DNA of 63,689 nt, counting the filler, from Octopus bimaculoides (lineage: Eukaryota): assembly GCF_001194135.2 (NCBI RefSeq). It is 11 parts of 9 records of this genome, joined end to end, with 100 filler letters (N's around TTAATTAATTAA, not from the genome) between each part and the next. Parts side by side here need not be neighbours in the genome. Positions count along the whole stretch, not along the records: positions 52,021 to 60,060 come from NC_069004.1; positions 60,161 to 62,172 come from NC_068991.1; positions 62,273 to 63,689 come from NC_068991.1; 8 more parts are not named here. One strand, written 5' to 3'. The notes beneath the pieces are model-generated. The model had not been told where the DNA came from. It searched no databases and saw only the letters and a program-made list of their open reading frames with translations. Shown here one piece after another: positions 52,806 to 63,689 of the stretch. Each line of letters opens with the position of its first letter. The stretch's first letter is position 1. Position numbers and translations under genes: made by a program.

Positions 52806-54400
52806 TATATCTTATCTGGTGGTCAATGGGGAAACTAGAGATAGATGAGTGGTTAGTGAGAGCTGTACAAGCAATGTACAGGGATGCTGTCGGTAAGGTG
52901 AGGGTTGGCAACGAGTACAGTGAAGAATTTCGGGTAGGAGTAGGGGTCCATCAAAGATCAATCCTCAGCCCCCTCTTATTCATCATAATCCTCCAGGCAG
53001 TAACAGAGGAATTCAAGACAGGATGCCCCTGGGCACTTCTCTATGCTGATGATCTTGCTCTAATAGCTGAGTCACTATCAGAACTGGAGGAAAAGTTTCA
53101 GGTGTGGAAGCAAGGTCTAGCAAATACCATAGTCTTAATAAGTAGGAAGGCAAACAAACCACAAATCTCTTCAGGTAGATGCTCATGCTTGATCTGTAGA
53201 AAAGACATAGGTGGAAACTCAATAAGATGTACCCGGTGTAAGCTATGGATACATAAAAGGTGCAGCAATATCAAAGGAAGGCTAACTGGGAAGATAGTTT
53301 TTGTGTGTGGTGAATGCTGAAGGGCAATAAACACTAAAAATGTGCTGAAAACAGCTACTACCAGTAGTTGATAGCTTCCGTTACCTAGGTGACCGAGTCA
53401 GGAGCAGGAGTGAATGCTCTGAGAGTGTAGTTGCTAGAATAAGAATATCCTGGGCAAAGTTCAGAGAGCTCCTACCTCTGCTGGAGACAAAGGGCCTCTC
53501 ACTCAGAGTAAAAGGTATACTGTATGATGCATGTGTGCGAACAGCCATGCTACATGGCAGTGAAACATAGGCTGTGACTACTGAGGACATGCGTAAACTT
53601 GCAAGGAATGAAGCTAGTATGCTCTGATGGATGTGTAATGTCAGTGTGCATACACACACAGTGTAAGTGCCCTGAGAGAAAAGTTGGAGAATAAGAAGTA
53701 TCAGATGTGGTGTGCAAGAGAGATGACTGTGCTGGTATGGTCATGTGTTGCATATGGATGAAGACAGCTGTGTGAAAAAGTGTTACACTCTCGCAGTAGA
53801 GGGAACCTGTGAAAGAGGTAGACCCAGGAAGACCTGGGATAAAGTGGTGAAGCACGACCTCTGTACGTTAGGTCTCACAGAGGCGATGACAAGTGACTGA
53901 AACCTTTGGAGATATGCTGTGCTTGAGAAGACTCAGCAAGCCAAGTAAGACTGTAACCATGGCCTATGCCAGTGTAGCATAACCAGCCCATTTAAGAGTA
54001 CCCTTCAATCATTGGGCAATAAACTGTGCTTGCAAAGGCCTGTTGAGTCAAGTTAAGTCATTGTCATGGCCGATGACAGTACTACCTGATTGGCACGTAA
54101 AAAGCACCATTTGTGTGTGGTTGATACCAGTGCTGCCTGACTTGTCCCGTGCCAGTGGCACATAAAAAGCATCATTCGAGCATGATTGTTGCCAGTACCG
54201 CCTGACTGGCTCCCGTGCCAGTGGCATGTAAAAAGCACCCACTACACTCTCAGAGTGGTTGGTGTTAGGAAGGGCATCCAGCTGTAGAAACTTTGCAAAT
54301 CAGATTGGAGCCTGGTGCAGCCTTCTGGCTTGTGAGCCCTCAGTCAAACTGTCCAACCCATGCCAGCATGGAAAGCAGATGTTAAACAATGATGATGATA
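52806..54400 (+). mobile_element. RTE-clade LINE, 5'-truncated, with 3' UTR and (GAT)n tail
   Basis: GVHQRSILSPLLF, LLYADDLAL, a Cys-rich insert, FRYLGD-like motif, GRPRKTW; ends gcatggaaagcagatgttaaacaatgatgatgat. An inverted 3' tail of the same family lies at 52757-52805. Confidence 0.92.
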
Positions 54401-54657
54401 TTTATACAGTGTGTTCAGGCTGAATTTGCTGATATTTTTTTTTTTGTCTCCTTTTTTTCAGAAACAGTTTGATGTAATTGGTGAACAGTCAGTAGTATTG
54501 AAAAGCATAAGGATTAAAGTTGTAGTTGCGAAAATGTTACTGGAGATGGAGGACATCTGAATATTGGAGATGAGTTACCTGTATCATGATGATTCATGTT
54601 TGGTATCCAAATTCCATCATGACTGCTACTCAAATCTCTGTGAACACTGTAAAGGCT

Positions 54658-56780
54658 TATAGGAAAGTTGGTTATACATCATTAGATGTATACCTGACTT
54701 TCCTATATAAAATTAAGAATATAACGGAACGCTGAACTCCAGACTATCAACTTATACAACATTTATTCAGGTGGTAAATATATACATCTTTAGCTCTTGT
54801 TGTTACAGCTTCTGATTGTGTGAGCATAGTTGTTGGGACGTTGTTATGTAGGTGTAAGCGAGCTGTCGAGTGTAAGTCCGAAAGATGGAGAGTGACAGCT
54901 ATACACATAAAGAGACTGTCTCCAGAGTTGGGTGTTGGAGACACTTCTTGACACGTCCATGCTCTATTGCTGGCCAGCAAGAAAGAGAATGAATTGAGCG
55001 GGAACGCTTGCTTGTTTAATTCCANNNNNNNNNNNNNNNNNNNNNNNNNNNNNNNNNNNNNNNNNNNNNNNNNNNNNNNNNNNNNNNNNNNNNNNNNNNN
55101 NNNNNNNNNNNNNNNNNNNTCGTGTGATACATGCATGCAATGTACAAATGAAATGATAATGACAAAACAACCGTGATGACAACTGTCCAGGAAACTGGAA
55201 TCACGCGATGTAAAAGTCTGATTGTTTGTTTTCCCTGAAAGGAAAGAAAATGTATGAGTGCACAAGTGTGTGTGTGAGAAAAAACACAGAACATAGTAAA
55301 AGTGTCTGTAGAGAAAAATCCAGTTCGTACAAGAGTTACACAAGTTGATTTTGAATGTCTGTACTCAGGAAGTTGTGGTCAAGGAGCAGAGCTATAGATG
55401 AGCATCAGATGCTAGTTGTGACCGTTTACCTGGTACGGAATATTCTATGAAAGTTACACAAGGAAAATTTGGTCTGTTGATCGTGAGTGGAAACATCCAC
55501 TCTAACAGAGTCGACAAAACCGAGTGTGTTGATATGGTGTGTCCCTGGTGGTGGGGTTGTTGGCGCACGACATTGTGGTAGACAGTACATTGATGAAGCC
55601 GTCGGCGCAAGAACTGCTATAGCTGTGTTCTGTATGTGTGGTGGTAATGATGTTGACAGTGGTAATGATCTGTTGAAACTTGGCGACGTCNNNNNNNNNN
55701 NNNNNNNNNNNNNNNNNNNNNNNNNNNNNNNNNNNNNNNNNNNNNNNNNNNNNNNNNNNNNNNNNNNNNNNNNNNNNNNNNNNNNNNNNNNNNNNNNNNN
55801 NNNNNNNNNNNNNNNNNNNNNNNNNNNNNNNNNNNNNNNNNNNNNNNNNNNNNNNNNNNNNNNNNNNNNNNNNNNNNNNNNNNNNNNNNNNNNNNNNNNN
55901 NNNNNNNNNNNNNNNNNNNNNNNNNNNNNNNNNNNNNNNNNNNNNNNNNNNNNNNNNNNNNNNNNNNNNNNNNNNNNNNNNNNNNNNNNNNNNNNNNNNN
56001 NNNNNNNNNNNNNNNNNNNNNNNNNNNNNNNNNNNNNNNNNNNNNNNNNNNNNNNNNNNNNNNNNNNNNNNNNNNNNNNNNNNNNNNNNNNNNNNNNNNN
56101 NNNNNNNNNNNNNNNNNNNNNNNNNNNNNNNNNNNNNNNNNNNNNNNNNNNNNNNNNNNNNNNNNNNNNNNNNNNNNNNNNNNNNNNNNNNNNNNNNNNN
56201 NNNNNNNNNNNNNNNNNNNNNNNNNNNNNNNNNNNNNNNNNNNNNNNNNNNNNNNNNNNNNNNNNNNNNNNNNNNNNNNNNNNNNNNNNNNNNNNNNNNN
56301 NNNNNNNNNNNNNNNNNNNNNNNNNNNNNNNNNNNNNNNNNNNNNNNNNNNNNNNNNNNNNNNNNNNNNNNNNNNNNNNNNNNNNNNNNNNNNNNNNNNN
56401 NNNNNNNNNNNNNNNNNNNNNNNNNNNNNNNNNNNNNNNNNNNNNNNNNNNNNNNNNNNNNNNNNNNNNNNNNNNNNNNNNNNNNNNNNNNNNNNNNNNN
56501 NNNNNNNNNNNNATACGTAGTTCAGTCTCCATGGCCGTATTTGTTCTTTAGTCGGGGTTCACCAGTTATAGGTTGGTAGTCCAGAGTCCATGTTGCGTTT
56601 GTTTCTTCGTCGAATCACCACTTTATAAGAAAGTGGGTTATTGCAGCTCAGTGGGCTGCGTGATCGAATCACGTCGGGGGTCACCAGTATAGGAAAGTTG
56701 GTTATACATCATTAGATGTATACCTGACTTTCCTATATAAAATTATGAATATAACGGAACGCTTGCTTGTTTAATTCCAC
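54658..56780 (+). mobile_element. Unclassified element: hairpin-bearing direct repeats (54658-54733, 56688-56763) around an SGNH-like ORF remnant
   Basis: Near-identical 76-nt repeats; 55487-55690 reads VLIWCVPGGGVV...AVFCMCGGNDVDSG. Confidence 0.4.
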
Positions 56781-56899
56781 GCATGCGCACGGCGTTACTA
56801 CAGGCTGTAACACATGACATGAACAGCTGCAACAGAGACAATGAAAGTGTGGTGAGCAGGAAGGGATACAGTAGGCATGCTGACCATGTCTGCATGCCA

Positions 56900-57390
56900 G
56901 AATTTATTCCCACATCTTTGAACAGGGCCTTAGGCTCAGTTCAGATGGCTACATGAAGCCATTAGAGATTGTGGTCAAAACCTGGCTGGAGAGGGTTGCT
57001 GCTAGAAAGCCATATATATGACAGCAGTGTTTGGCTCCTTGTCATATAACTGGAAAGAGTCTGAAGTAGTTGTTGGAGAATTTCTATGACTTCACCAGTC
57101 TCAATTTCTGGCCTCCTAATTCTTGAGAAAGACAAACTACTCTATCAGCAACTCCAAAGTCAAGCTGGAAGCCAAGATTAAGGTATTCAAAAATCTTCCC
57201 AAGAACATGGGAATGAATGCATCAGGTTCTGGAGCCATCTTGAAGCTGTGATGGGAGCTGAGGATGGCTACTTTGAGTAAACTGTAGCCATAATGTAGTT
57301 GATATTTTTTGATTTTTTGAAAAAAGATTAGATCAGGTATTGATTTCTTTCCCTTTTGTGCAAACTGTCAAATTTAGCCCTGTCCATGTA
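56900..57390 (+). mobile_element. Second maT/DD37D-like transposase 3' fragment
   Basis: PHIFEQGLRLSSDGYMKPLEIVVKTWL...PYI*QQCLAPCH...FWPPNS, collinear with 3560-3780. Confidence 0.7.
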
Positions 57391-57403
57391 ATTCTATACA
57401 GAG

Positions 57404-58750
57404 AGGTATGCCTGTTATTGCAAGAAGCTTGCTTCCCAACTACATGGTTTCAGATTCAGCTCAACTGCATGGCAGTCGATGGTTGACCAAAGCTTGTGAG
57501 AGGCTTTGGTAGATGGAAATTGAAAGAGGCCTGTCATGTATATATATATATGTAAGAACGACCGTGCGAACCCAAAAGGAGAAATGGTGACAAATGGAAA
57601 AACAGGCTCCTTTTATAAACGCGTCACACGGTCGAACACAAAAATATATCAAATGATATATATGTTATACTTCGATAACATAGAGAATTCGTAAATGCCA
57701 GTAAGGAAGATGATATTGAACCAACCGATAGAGATGTATAACAGTAAGATTTATTGGAGCATTAATCGTATGTCTGTGTGTGTATGTATGAATGCGACAT
57801 AATAAAACACAATATAAGACTGGCCGTCATGTAAACAAAAGAGTGTGTGCGAGTAATACATGTATGTGTATGCGTGAGATACAGCGGATAGAAAAGAGTC
57901 AGTAACACGTATAAGAATTTACCAGTTCTTTGTTAGAGTACACAGTGGTAAGTGTCTGCATATAAGAAGTTAAAGCGTGTGGGGCAGAGCGATCACTGGT
58001 CGTGATGTTAGGGCTTCCATGCCAAGCCGGGTTCTTGAATACAGATGTTCTTCGCAGGCTGGATTCTTGGCTGTTATTTCGTGGTGAGGCGAATCACACA
58101 AACAGGATTAGAAGTGCTGCAGTTAGCTGTTGGTAGCTTGTGTACGAGTAGAGTCATGTTGACGCTTGCGGCGATGCTGGTAGTCGTAGTTGGACGATGC
58201 TATTGGCGACGTCGGGGGCGATGCTTGTAGTCGTAGTGTCGTGTTGCTGCTGGCGACGTTGGTGGTGATGCTTGTAGTTCGTAGTTGATGGTGTCGATGT
58301 CGTCGCTGGAAACTGGCTGGCTGTGTTACGCGTGTGTGGTCAGCGGCCAGATCTCAAAGGAGATCTGAGGCGCGACGATTTGGCGGGTATAATTTAATCT
58401 ATTTATAGCTGAAGGTAGGCTCCAGAGAATCATTAGAAAAACACTATCACATGACCTTATTAGGGGCTACGGTTGGTCAGTTGGCGTCCTGGGGGCAAAT
58501 GGAGATAATTTACCCGCACAAAGAATAGTCAGTCATGTGATGGATACAGCAGGCTGCTCTCTGCTATGCCCGTGCTTGTTTATATTTATAACAGTGGGAA
58601 AGAGTGGTGTTCACTACATATATATATATTTTTTTTATTTGTTCCTCATCACTGCTTGACAACTAGTGTTGGTTTGTTTACATCTTCATAATTTAGTGGT
58701 TCAGTAAAAAAAAAAAGACCAATAGCATAAGTACCAGAACTGAAAATAAG
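57404..58750 (+). mobile_element. Old SINE family A split by an LTR insertion
   Basis: Head at 57404-57550; the 3' half resumes at about 58630 (tgcttgacaactagtgttgg...ataagtacc). Confidence 0.7.
57551..58618 (-). mobile_element. Probable solo LTR, 1068 bp
   Basis: TG...CA ends with a TGTA/TACA inverted terminus in a (TA)n target; minus-strand TATAAAT near 58405 and AATAAA near 57752. Confidence 0.65.
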
Positions 58751-59094
58751 TACTGGCATTGGTTTGTCTCAGCTTGTCCGCAGTTCGATGACAGAAACAA
58801 GTAGAAATAAATACATGCACACACACATAAACTATATACATAGCTATATCTATATAACAAATGAAGGGAAAAAACGATTCCTTCATAGGGGTGTAAAACA
58901 TTGAATTCACTGCTATGGCAGTTGAATACCACAGAAGTAGTTGTATAAATACAAATTACAAATAATAAATTAAATAGAGAAATACAATAGACAATCTAAC
59001 AATTTATTACATTATGATATAATATAATATACTATAAAATATAATATAAGATTAGGTAATATAACCTTTTTTTTAAAGAACCAAATAAAGCCAA

Positions 59095-59230
59095 CAATTT
59101 GTTTTGACTTGTAGACATTATTTGATTGATAAACAATTCATATCCATGTATACAAGTCTCTTCAGGGCCTTGTATACATGGATATGAATTGCTTATAAAT
59201 CAAATAATGTATATAAGTTGAAACAAAATG
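59095..59230. repeat. 136-nt hairpin (arms about 62 bp, inner 23 bp perfect, 12-nt loop)
   Basis: 59134-59156 is the exact reverse complement of 59169-59191; outer arms are imperfect. Confidence 0.9.
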
Positions 59231-60060
59231 GGAGAAAGAGAGCCTGCGTATGTCGCCCCAACAGAGGAACCAGCTATCCGAGTTGACAGTACCAGGGTAG
59301 ATAAAGCAATTAAGAGTATGAAGACAGGGAAAGCCCCCGGCCCATCAGGAATCACTGCAGAGATGCTCAAAATATCTGGCAGTGTTGGCTACAGCCTAGT
59401 CACCCGTATTACGAACCAGGTGATACACGAAGGAGTCATACCCAATGACTGGTGTAGCAGCACCATAGTAAACTGCTACAAAGGTAAAAGTGACGCTTTA
59501 GATACTAATAATTACAGAGGCATCAAGCTGTTAGATCAGGTTATGAAAGTTACGGAGAGGGTCATAGCCCAACTAATTAGGGAGCGAATCAATTTAGATG
59601 AGATGCAGTTTGGGTTCGTGCCAGGTAAAAGCACCACTGATGCCATATTTCTAGTGAGACAGCTGCCAGTAAGATGCTGTCAGTAAGGTGAAGGTTGGAA
59701 ATGGGTACAGTAATGAATTCCTGGTAGAGGTAGGGGTCCACCAAGGTTCCGTCCTCAGCCCCCTCCTATTTATCATAGTCCTCCAGGCGATCACAAAGGA
59801 ATTCAAGACAGGTTGCCCCTGGGAGCTCCTCTATGCTGATGACCTTGCATTAATTGCGCAGTCACTATCAGAACTAGAGGAGAAGTTTAAGGTGTGGAAG
59901 CAAGGACTAGAATCGAAGGGCCTTAGAGTCAACCTAGCAAAAACCAAAATCCTAATAAGTAGGAAGGTAGATAAAACACAAACCCCTTCAGGTAGATGGC
60001 CCTGCTCAGTATGCAGTAAAGGAGTAGGTAGAAACTCTATAAGATGTACCCGGTGCAAGC
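59231..60060 (+). mobile_element. RTE-clade LINE RT fragment with an internal deletion
   Basis: MKTGKAPGPSGI, NYRGIKLL, QFGFVPGKSTTDAIF, then a jump to GVHQGSVLSPLLF and LLYADDLAL. Confidence 0.92.
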
Positions 60061-60160
60061 NNNNNNNNNNNNNNNNNNNNNNNNNNNNNNNNNNNNNNNN
60101 NNNNTTAATTAATTAANNNNNNNNNNNNNNNNNNNNNNNNNNNNNNNNNNNNNNNNNNNN

Positions 60161-60204
<44 letters not shown>

Positions 60205-60209
<5 letters not shown>

Positions 60210-60400
60210 TTTAACTTGTTTCAGTCATTTGATTGCGGCCGTGCTGGAGCACCATTGTAGAGGGTTTTAGTCGAAGAGATCGACCCCTTCTTGGTATGCT
60301 TGGTACTTATTCTGGCGGTCTTTCGGCGAAACGCTAAGTTACGGGGACATAAACACACGAGTATCGGTTGTCAAGCGATGGCGAGGGGAAAACACAGACA
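60205..60400 (-). mobile_element. SINE family A, 3' half
   Basis: cttgtttcagtcatttgattgcggcc...gttgtcaagcgatgg. Confidence 0.85.
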
Positions 60401-60486
60401 CACACATATAAATACATACATACATACATACATACACAAACACACACACACACACACATACACACACACACACACACAAATATATA

Positions 60487-61148
60487 CAGGGATTGGACAA
60501 AATAATGGAAACACCTTAAAATTTCAAAGAAATTTATTTTAATATGGCGTAGGACCACCTTAGGCAGTAATTACGGCTTGAATTCTACAAGGTATGGACT
60601 CCTACAAAGTTTGAATTGTTTCCAAAGGAATTTTTGTCCATTCTTCAGCTAAAACACTTTCCAGTTCTTGTAGTAATGATGGTGGAGGATATCGACAGCT
60701 TACTTGTTTTACGAAAATGCACCATAAATGTTCAATAATATCTAGATCTGTGGACTGTAGTGGCCAGATAAGATGTTCATCTTCACTAGAATGTTCCTCG
60801 TGTCATTCAGTAACAACTTTAGCTGTGTGGATTGGTGCACAATCATCCTGAGAGATTGCGTTTCCCTCCGGAAACAGTTCCACAACTATAAGAAGAATTT
60901 GATCAGATAAAATGCTTAAATAGTCTTGTCTATTAATTCTGCCATGAAAGGAAACTATTGCGCCGGCGAATTTCCAAGATGTAGCCCGCGCTCCAGATCA
61001 TCACAGATCTTCCTTCATGCTTAACAGTTGGAAAAAGGCAGTCTGGGTCAAAATGATTCTCTTGGCTGCCTCCATACGTATACTCGGCTGGTGGTCGGAA
61101 ATAAGGTAACGGATGACTTGTCCAATAAAATGACATTCTTCCACTGCT
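60487..61148 (-). mobile_element. Tc1-like transposon, 3' half
   Basis: TA|CAGGGATTGGACAAAATAATGGAAACACC terminus; PTVKHEGRSVMIW, QDDCAPIHTAK and WPLQSTDLDIIEHLW on the minus strand. Confidence 0.88.
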
Positions 61149-61238
61149 CTAGAGACCAATACAGCTTATTGCCTTTATAGCATTTCCACAGCATGAAATT
61201 ATTAGTAGCTCATATATAAATATTGTGTATATTAAATG

Positions 61239-61300
<62 letters not shown>

Positions 61301-61502
61301 GTGTGTGTGTGTGTGAGTTAGAGGTTGAGAAACCAACTAAGGGATAGTACCTATCCAATATGCTGCTGGTAGTGTACCCAATTATTTATAGCCAAGTGCT
61401 ACTTATTGCATGGCAATCTCGCAATTGAGTATTATATATATGGACGGGGGTAAAAAGTGGTTTACTCTTGATTTATACGGCAAATAAGAAAACGGAGAGG
61501 AT

Positions 61503-61570
61503 ATAAAATCGACAGACATCAGCCGGTAAACATTCCAGTATGTTTACCGGCTGATGTCTGTCGATTTTAT
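61503..61570. repeat. Perfect 31-bp hairpin with a 6-nt loop
   Basis: 61503-61533 is the exact reverse complement of 61540-61570. Confidence 0.95.
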
Positions 61571-61848
61571 TTATTTGAATGTCTATTTATTTGAATGTAT
61601 TGGCTGATTACACACACATGTATGAGTGGTACAGATTAGCGAGTGGAAAAAAGAACTGGTAACTGCATAAACAAGGGTGTGAATACATATAAGCATAAAG
61701 AAACAAATGAGCAATTGAGCAAATGAACAAATTGGCAAAAACCTAAATGGGTGTGCAGGTGGTAGTTCCTTGCGGCCGTTTCTGCCAAGAGGCAAGAAAA
61801 TCTTTCCGGTTATCTTCATCCCTTCAGTGTTAAGCATATAAATATATA

Positions 61849-62172
61849 TTGGTTTCTTTTGACGTGGTCAACCTTTATACAAATATCCCTCATGAATATG
61901 TGATTGAGGCAATTAAATTCTGGCTGCACAAACACCCAGAAACATTTCCTAATCGCATCAACACAACTTTCATCATAGAATCACTTAAGTTCATTCTGAC
62001 CAACAATTACTTCCTGCTTGCAGACACATACTTTCGCCAAAAATGTGGTATCGCGATGGGTACTAAAGCTGCACCAGTCCTTGCGAACCTCATAATGGGT
62101 TTTTTTGAATTAACACTATATGAAATCTCACGTCAGAAATTTGGACACCTTTTCCACATCTTTTTAATGGAT
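61849..62172 (+). mobile_element. Penelope-like RT fragment
   Basis: SFDVVNLYTNIPH...ILTNNYF...GIAMGTKAAPVLANLIMG. Confidence 0.9.
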
Positions 62173-62272
62173 NNNNNNNNNNNNNNNNNNNNNNNNNNNN
62201 NNNNNNNNNNNNNNNNTTAATTAATTAANNNNNNNNNNNNNNNNNNNNNNNNNNNNNNNNNNNNNNNNNNNN

Positions 62273-62600
62273 TCCTAATCCAGCTATGTGGTAAGCTATC
62301 AAAGGCCTTTTTATAGTCTATCCAGGCTATTGACAAGTTTTTCTGGCGCTTGTGACAATCTTCTAAGATCATCTTATTGATGAGTAGCTGATCTTTACAA
62401 CCATAAGATCCACGTTTACATCCCTTTTGCTCATTAGGGAATATGCTACTTTCTATTAAAAAACTATAAGTGTACTCGGTTAGGACAGATGTTAGCGTCT
62501 TATACATTGTTGTTAAGCAGGTTATGGGGCGATAATTTTTTGGTTCGTTTGTTTCCTCATTTTTTGGAAGCAGGAATGTTAAACCATTAACTAGCCAAAA
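62273..62600 (-). mobile_element. R4/Dong-like RT fragment
   Basis: FLLPK...PKNYRPITCL...EQKGCKRGSYGCKDQLLIN...WIDYKKAFDSLPHSWI. Confidence 0.9.
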
Positions 62601-63452
62601 CTAAGTAACTTTTTAATAATTCATTTATTTATATTTATTTGTTTATTTTGTGTACATATTAGAACAGGTGATATATAATCGTAATTTTTATAAAATTGTT
62701 TAATATCAGCGTACTTAGAATTTAAAAAAAAACTTATGAATAAATAGTTAATTAAAAGATAATGATAATATAATTGTCATTATTATATGTATTTATGGTT
62801 TTATTTCTTTTCGAAAGTTATTTTCTTTAAAAAACTACGTAATTTTAAATTTTGATTGTATTTTTAGCATAGGTGATTATAAATAATGAATACAGTGTAA
62901 TTTATAATATTATTTAGTATTATTCTTTTTTTTCTTTTTGCTATTTAACCATTATTAATAGTGCGTGGTTTATGGTTTATAGTACCAGTGAGATTAACGA
63001 ACTTTTCTGGATAAATTGTCTGAATAACATGCATTTTTCCTGATAGTATCGAAGAATAAAAGATGTTTTCTACTTCGCCATAAATTCTTAGCATATTATT
63101 TCTGTTTTTTTTTTTTTCAAAAATGATGCGCAGAAATATATTCGATTAATATTCTTAAAAGTGGACAAGCATATTTTATGACCGTTATATTAGTTTTTAT
63201 TTATTTTTTATTCATTTTAATTTTTTGTTTTTATATATATTTTCATATATATTTTTGAATTAATTATTGACGTTCACGCTTACAAACAAAACCATATCTA
63301 ATTCAGACTGTTCTAGGATCTAACAATCCTTATATGTAATTTTTGTCAAATATTTCCCTGATAAGATTCTTCCCATAAACATGAATTTTTATAAATTCAT
63401 TATTGGGTCTGAATCGAAACAATTTGTAGGAATATAATATTTGCATTTATAT

Positions 63453-63503
<51 letters not shown>

Positions 63504-63628
63504 TGTTAATAAATTCAAATATGTCAATCGTAAATCTAAATTTTCTTTTCATTTTTGTATATTGAATATATATATATGCGTGTGTGTATATCCATACATA
63601 CATACATATATACACATACATGTACATA

Positions 63629-63689
<61 letters not shown>

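Overview
Repeat-rich, gappy animal genomic DNA. It is most likely an octopod cephalopod (Octopus-like), inferred from the tRNA-derived SINE families, very high microsatellite density and [16 protein letters not shown]-type C2H2 array. It is not one contiguous locus: ten artificial 100-nt spacers (about 44 N + TTAATTAATTAA + about 44 N) join 11 separate pieces, so proximity across spacers means nothing. The only clear host gene is a poly-C2H2 zinc-finger fragment (48667-50143, +) with 14 in-frame fingers and a decaying tail of about 4 more. The rest is mobile-element debris: Penelope-like RT/GIY-YIG, RTE, R4/Dong-like and L1/Tx1-like LINEs, DD37D maT, mariner, Tc1, a hAT MITE, a solo LTR and four SINE families. 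Signals the ORF track does not show: (i) at least six hammerhead-ribozyme-like cores, including a homologous pair with a fully covarying stem II, one inside a 463-nt permuted monomer resembling a retrozyme; (ii) many near-perfect fold-back hairpins; (iii) a LINE-like tail with three C2H2 fingers; (iv) an SGNH-like ORF remnant between hairpin-bearing direct repeats. All alignments and folds were done by eye; no database search was run.
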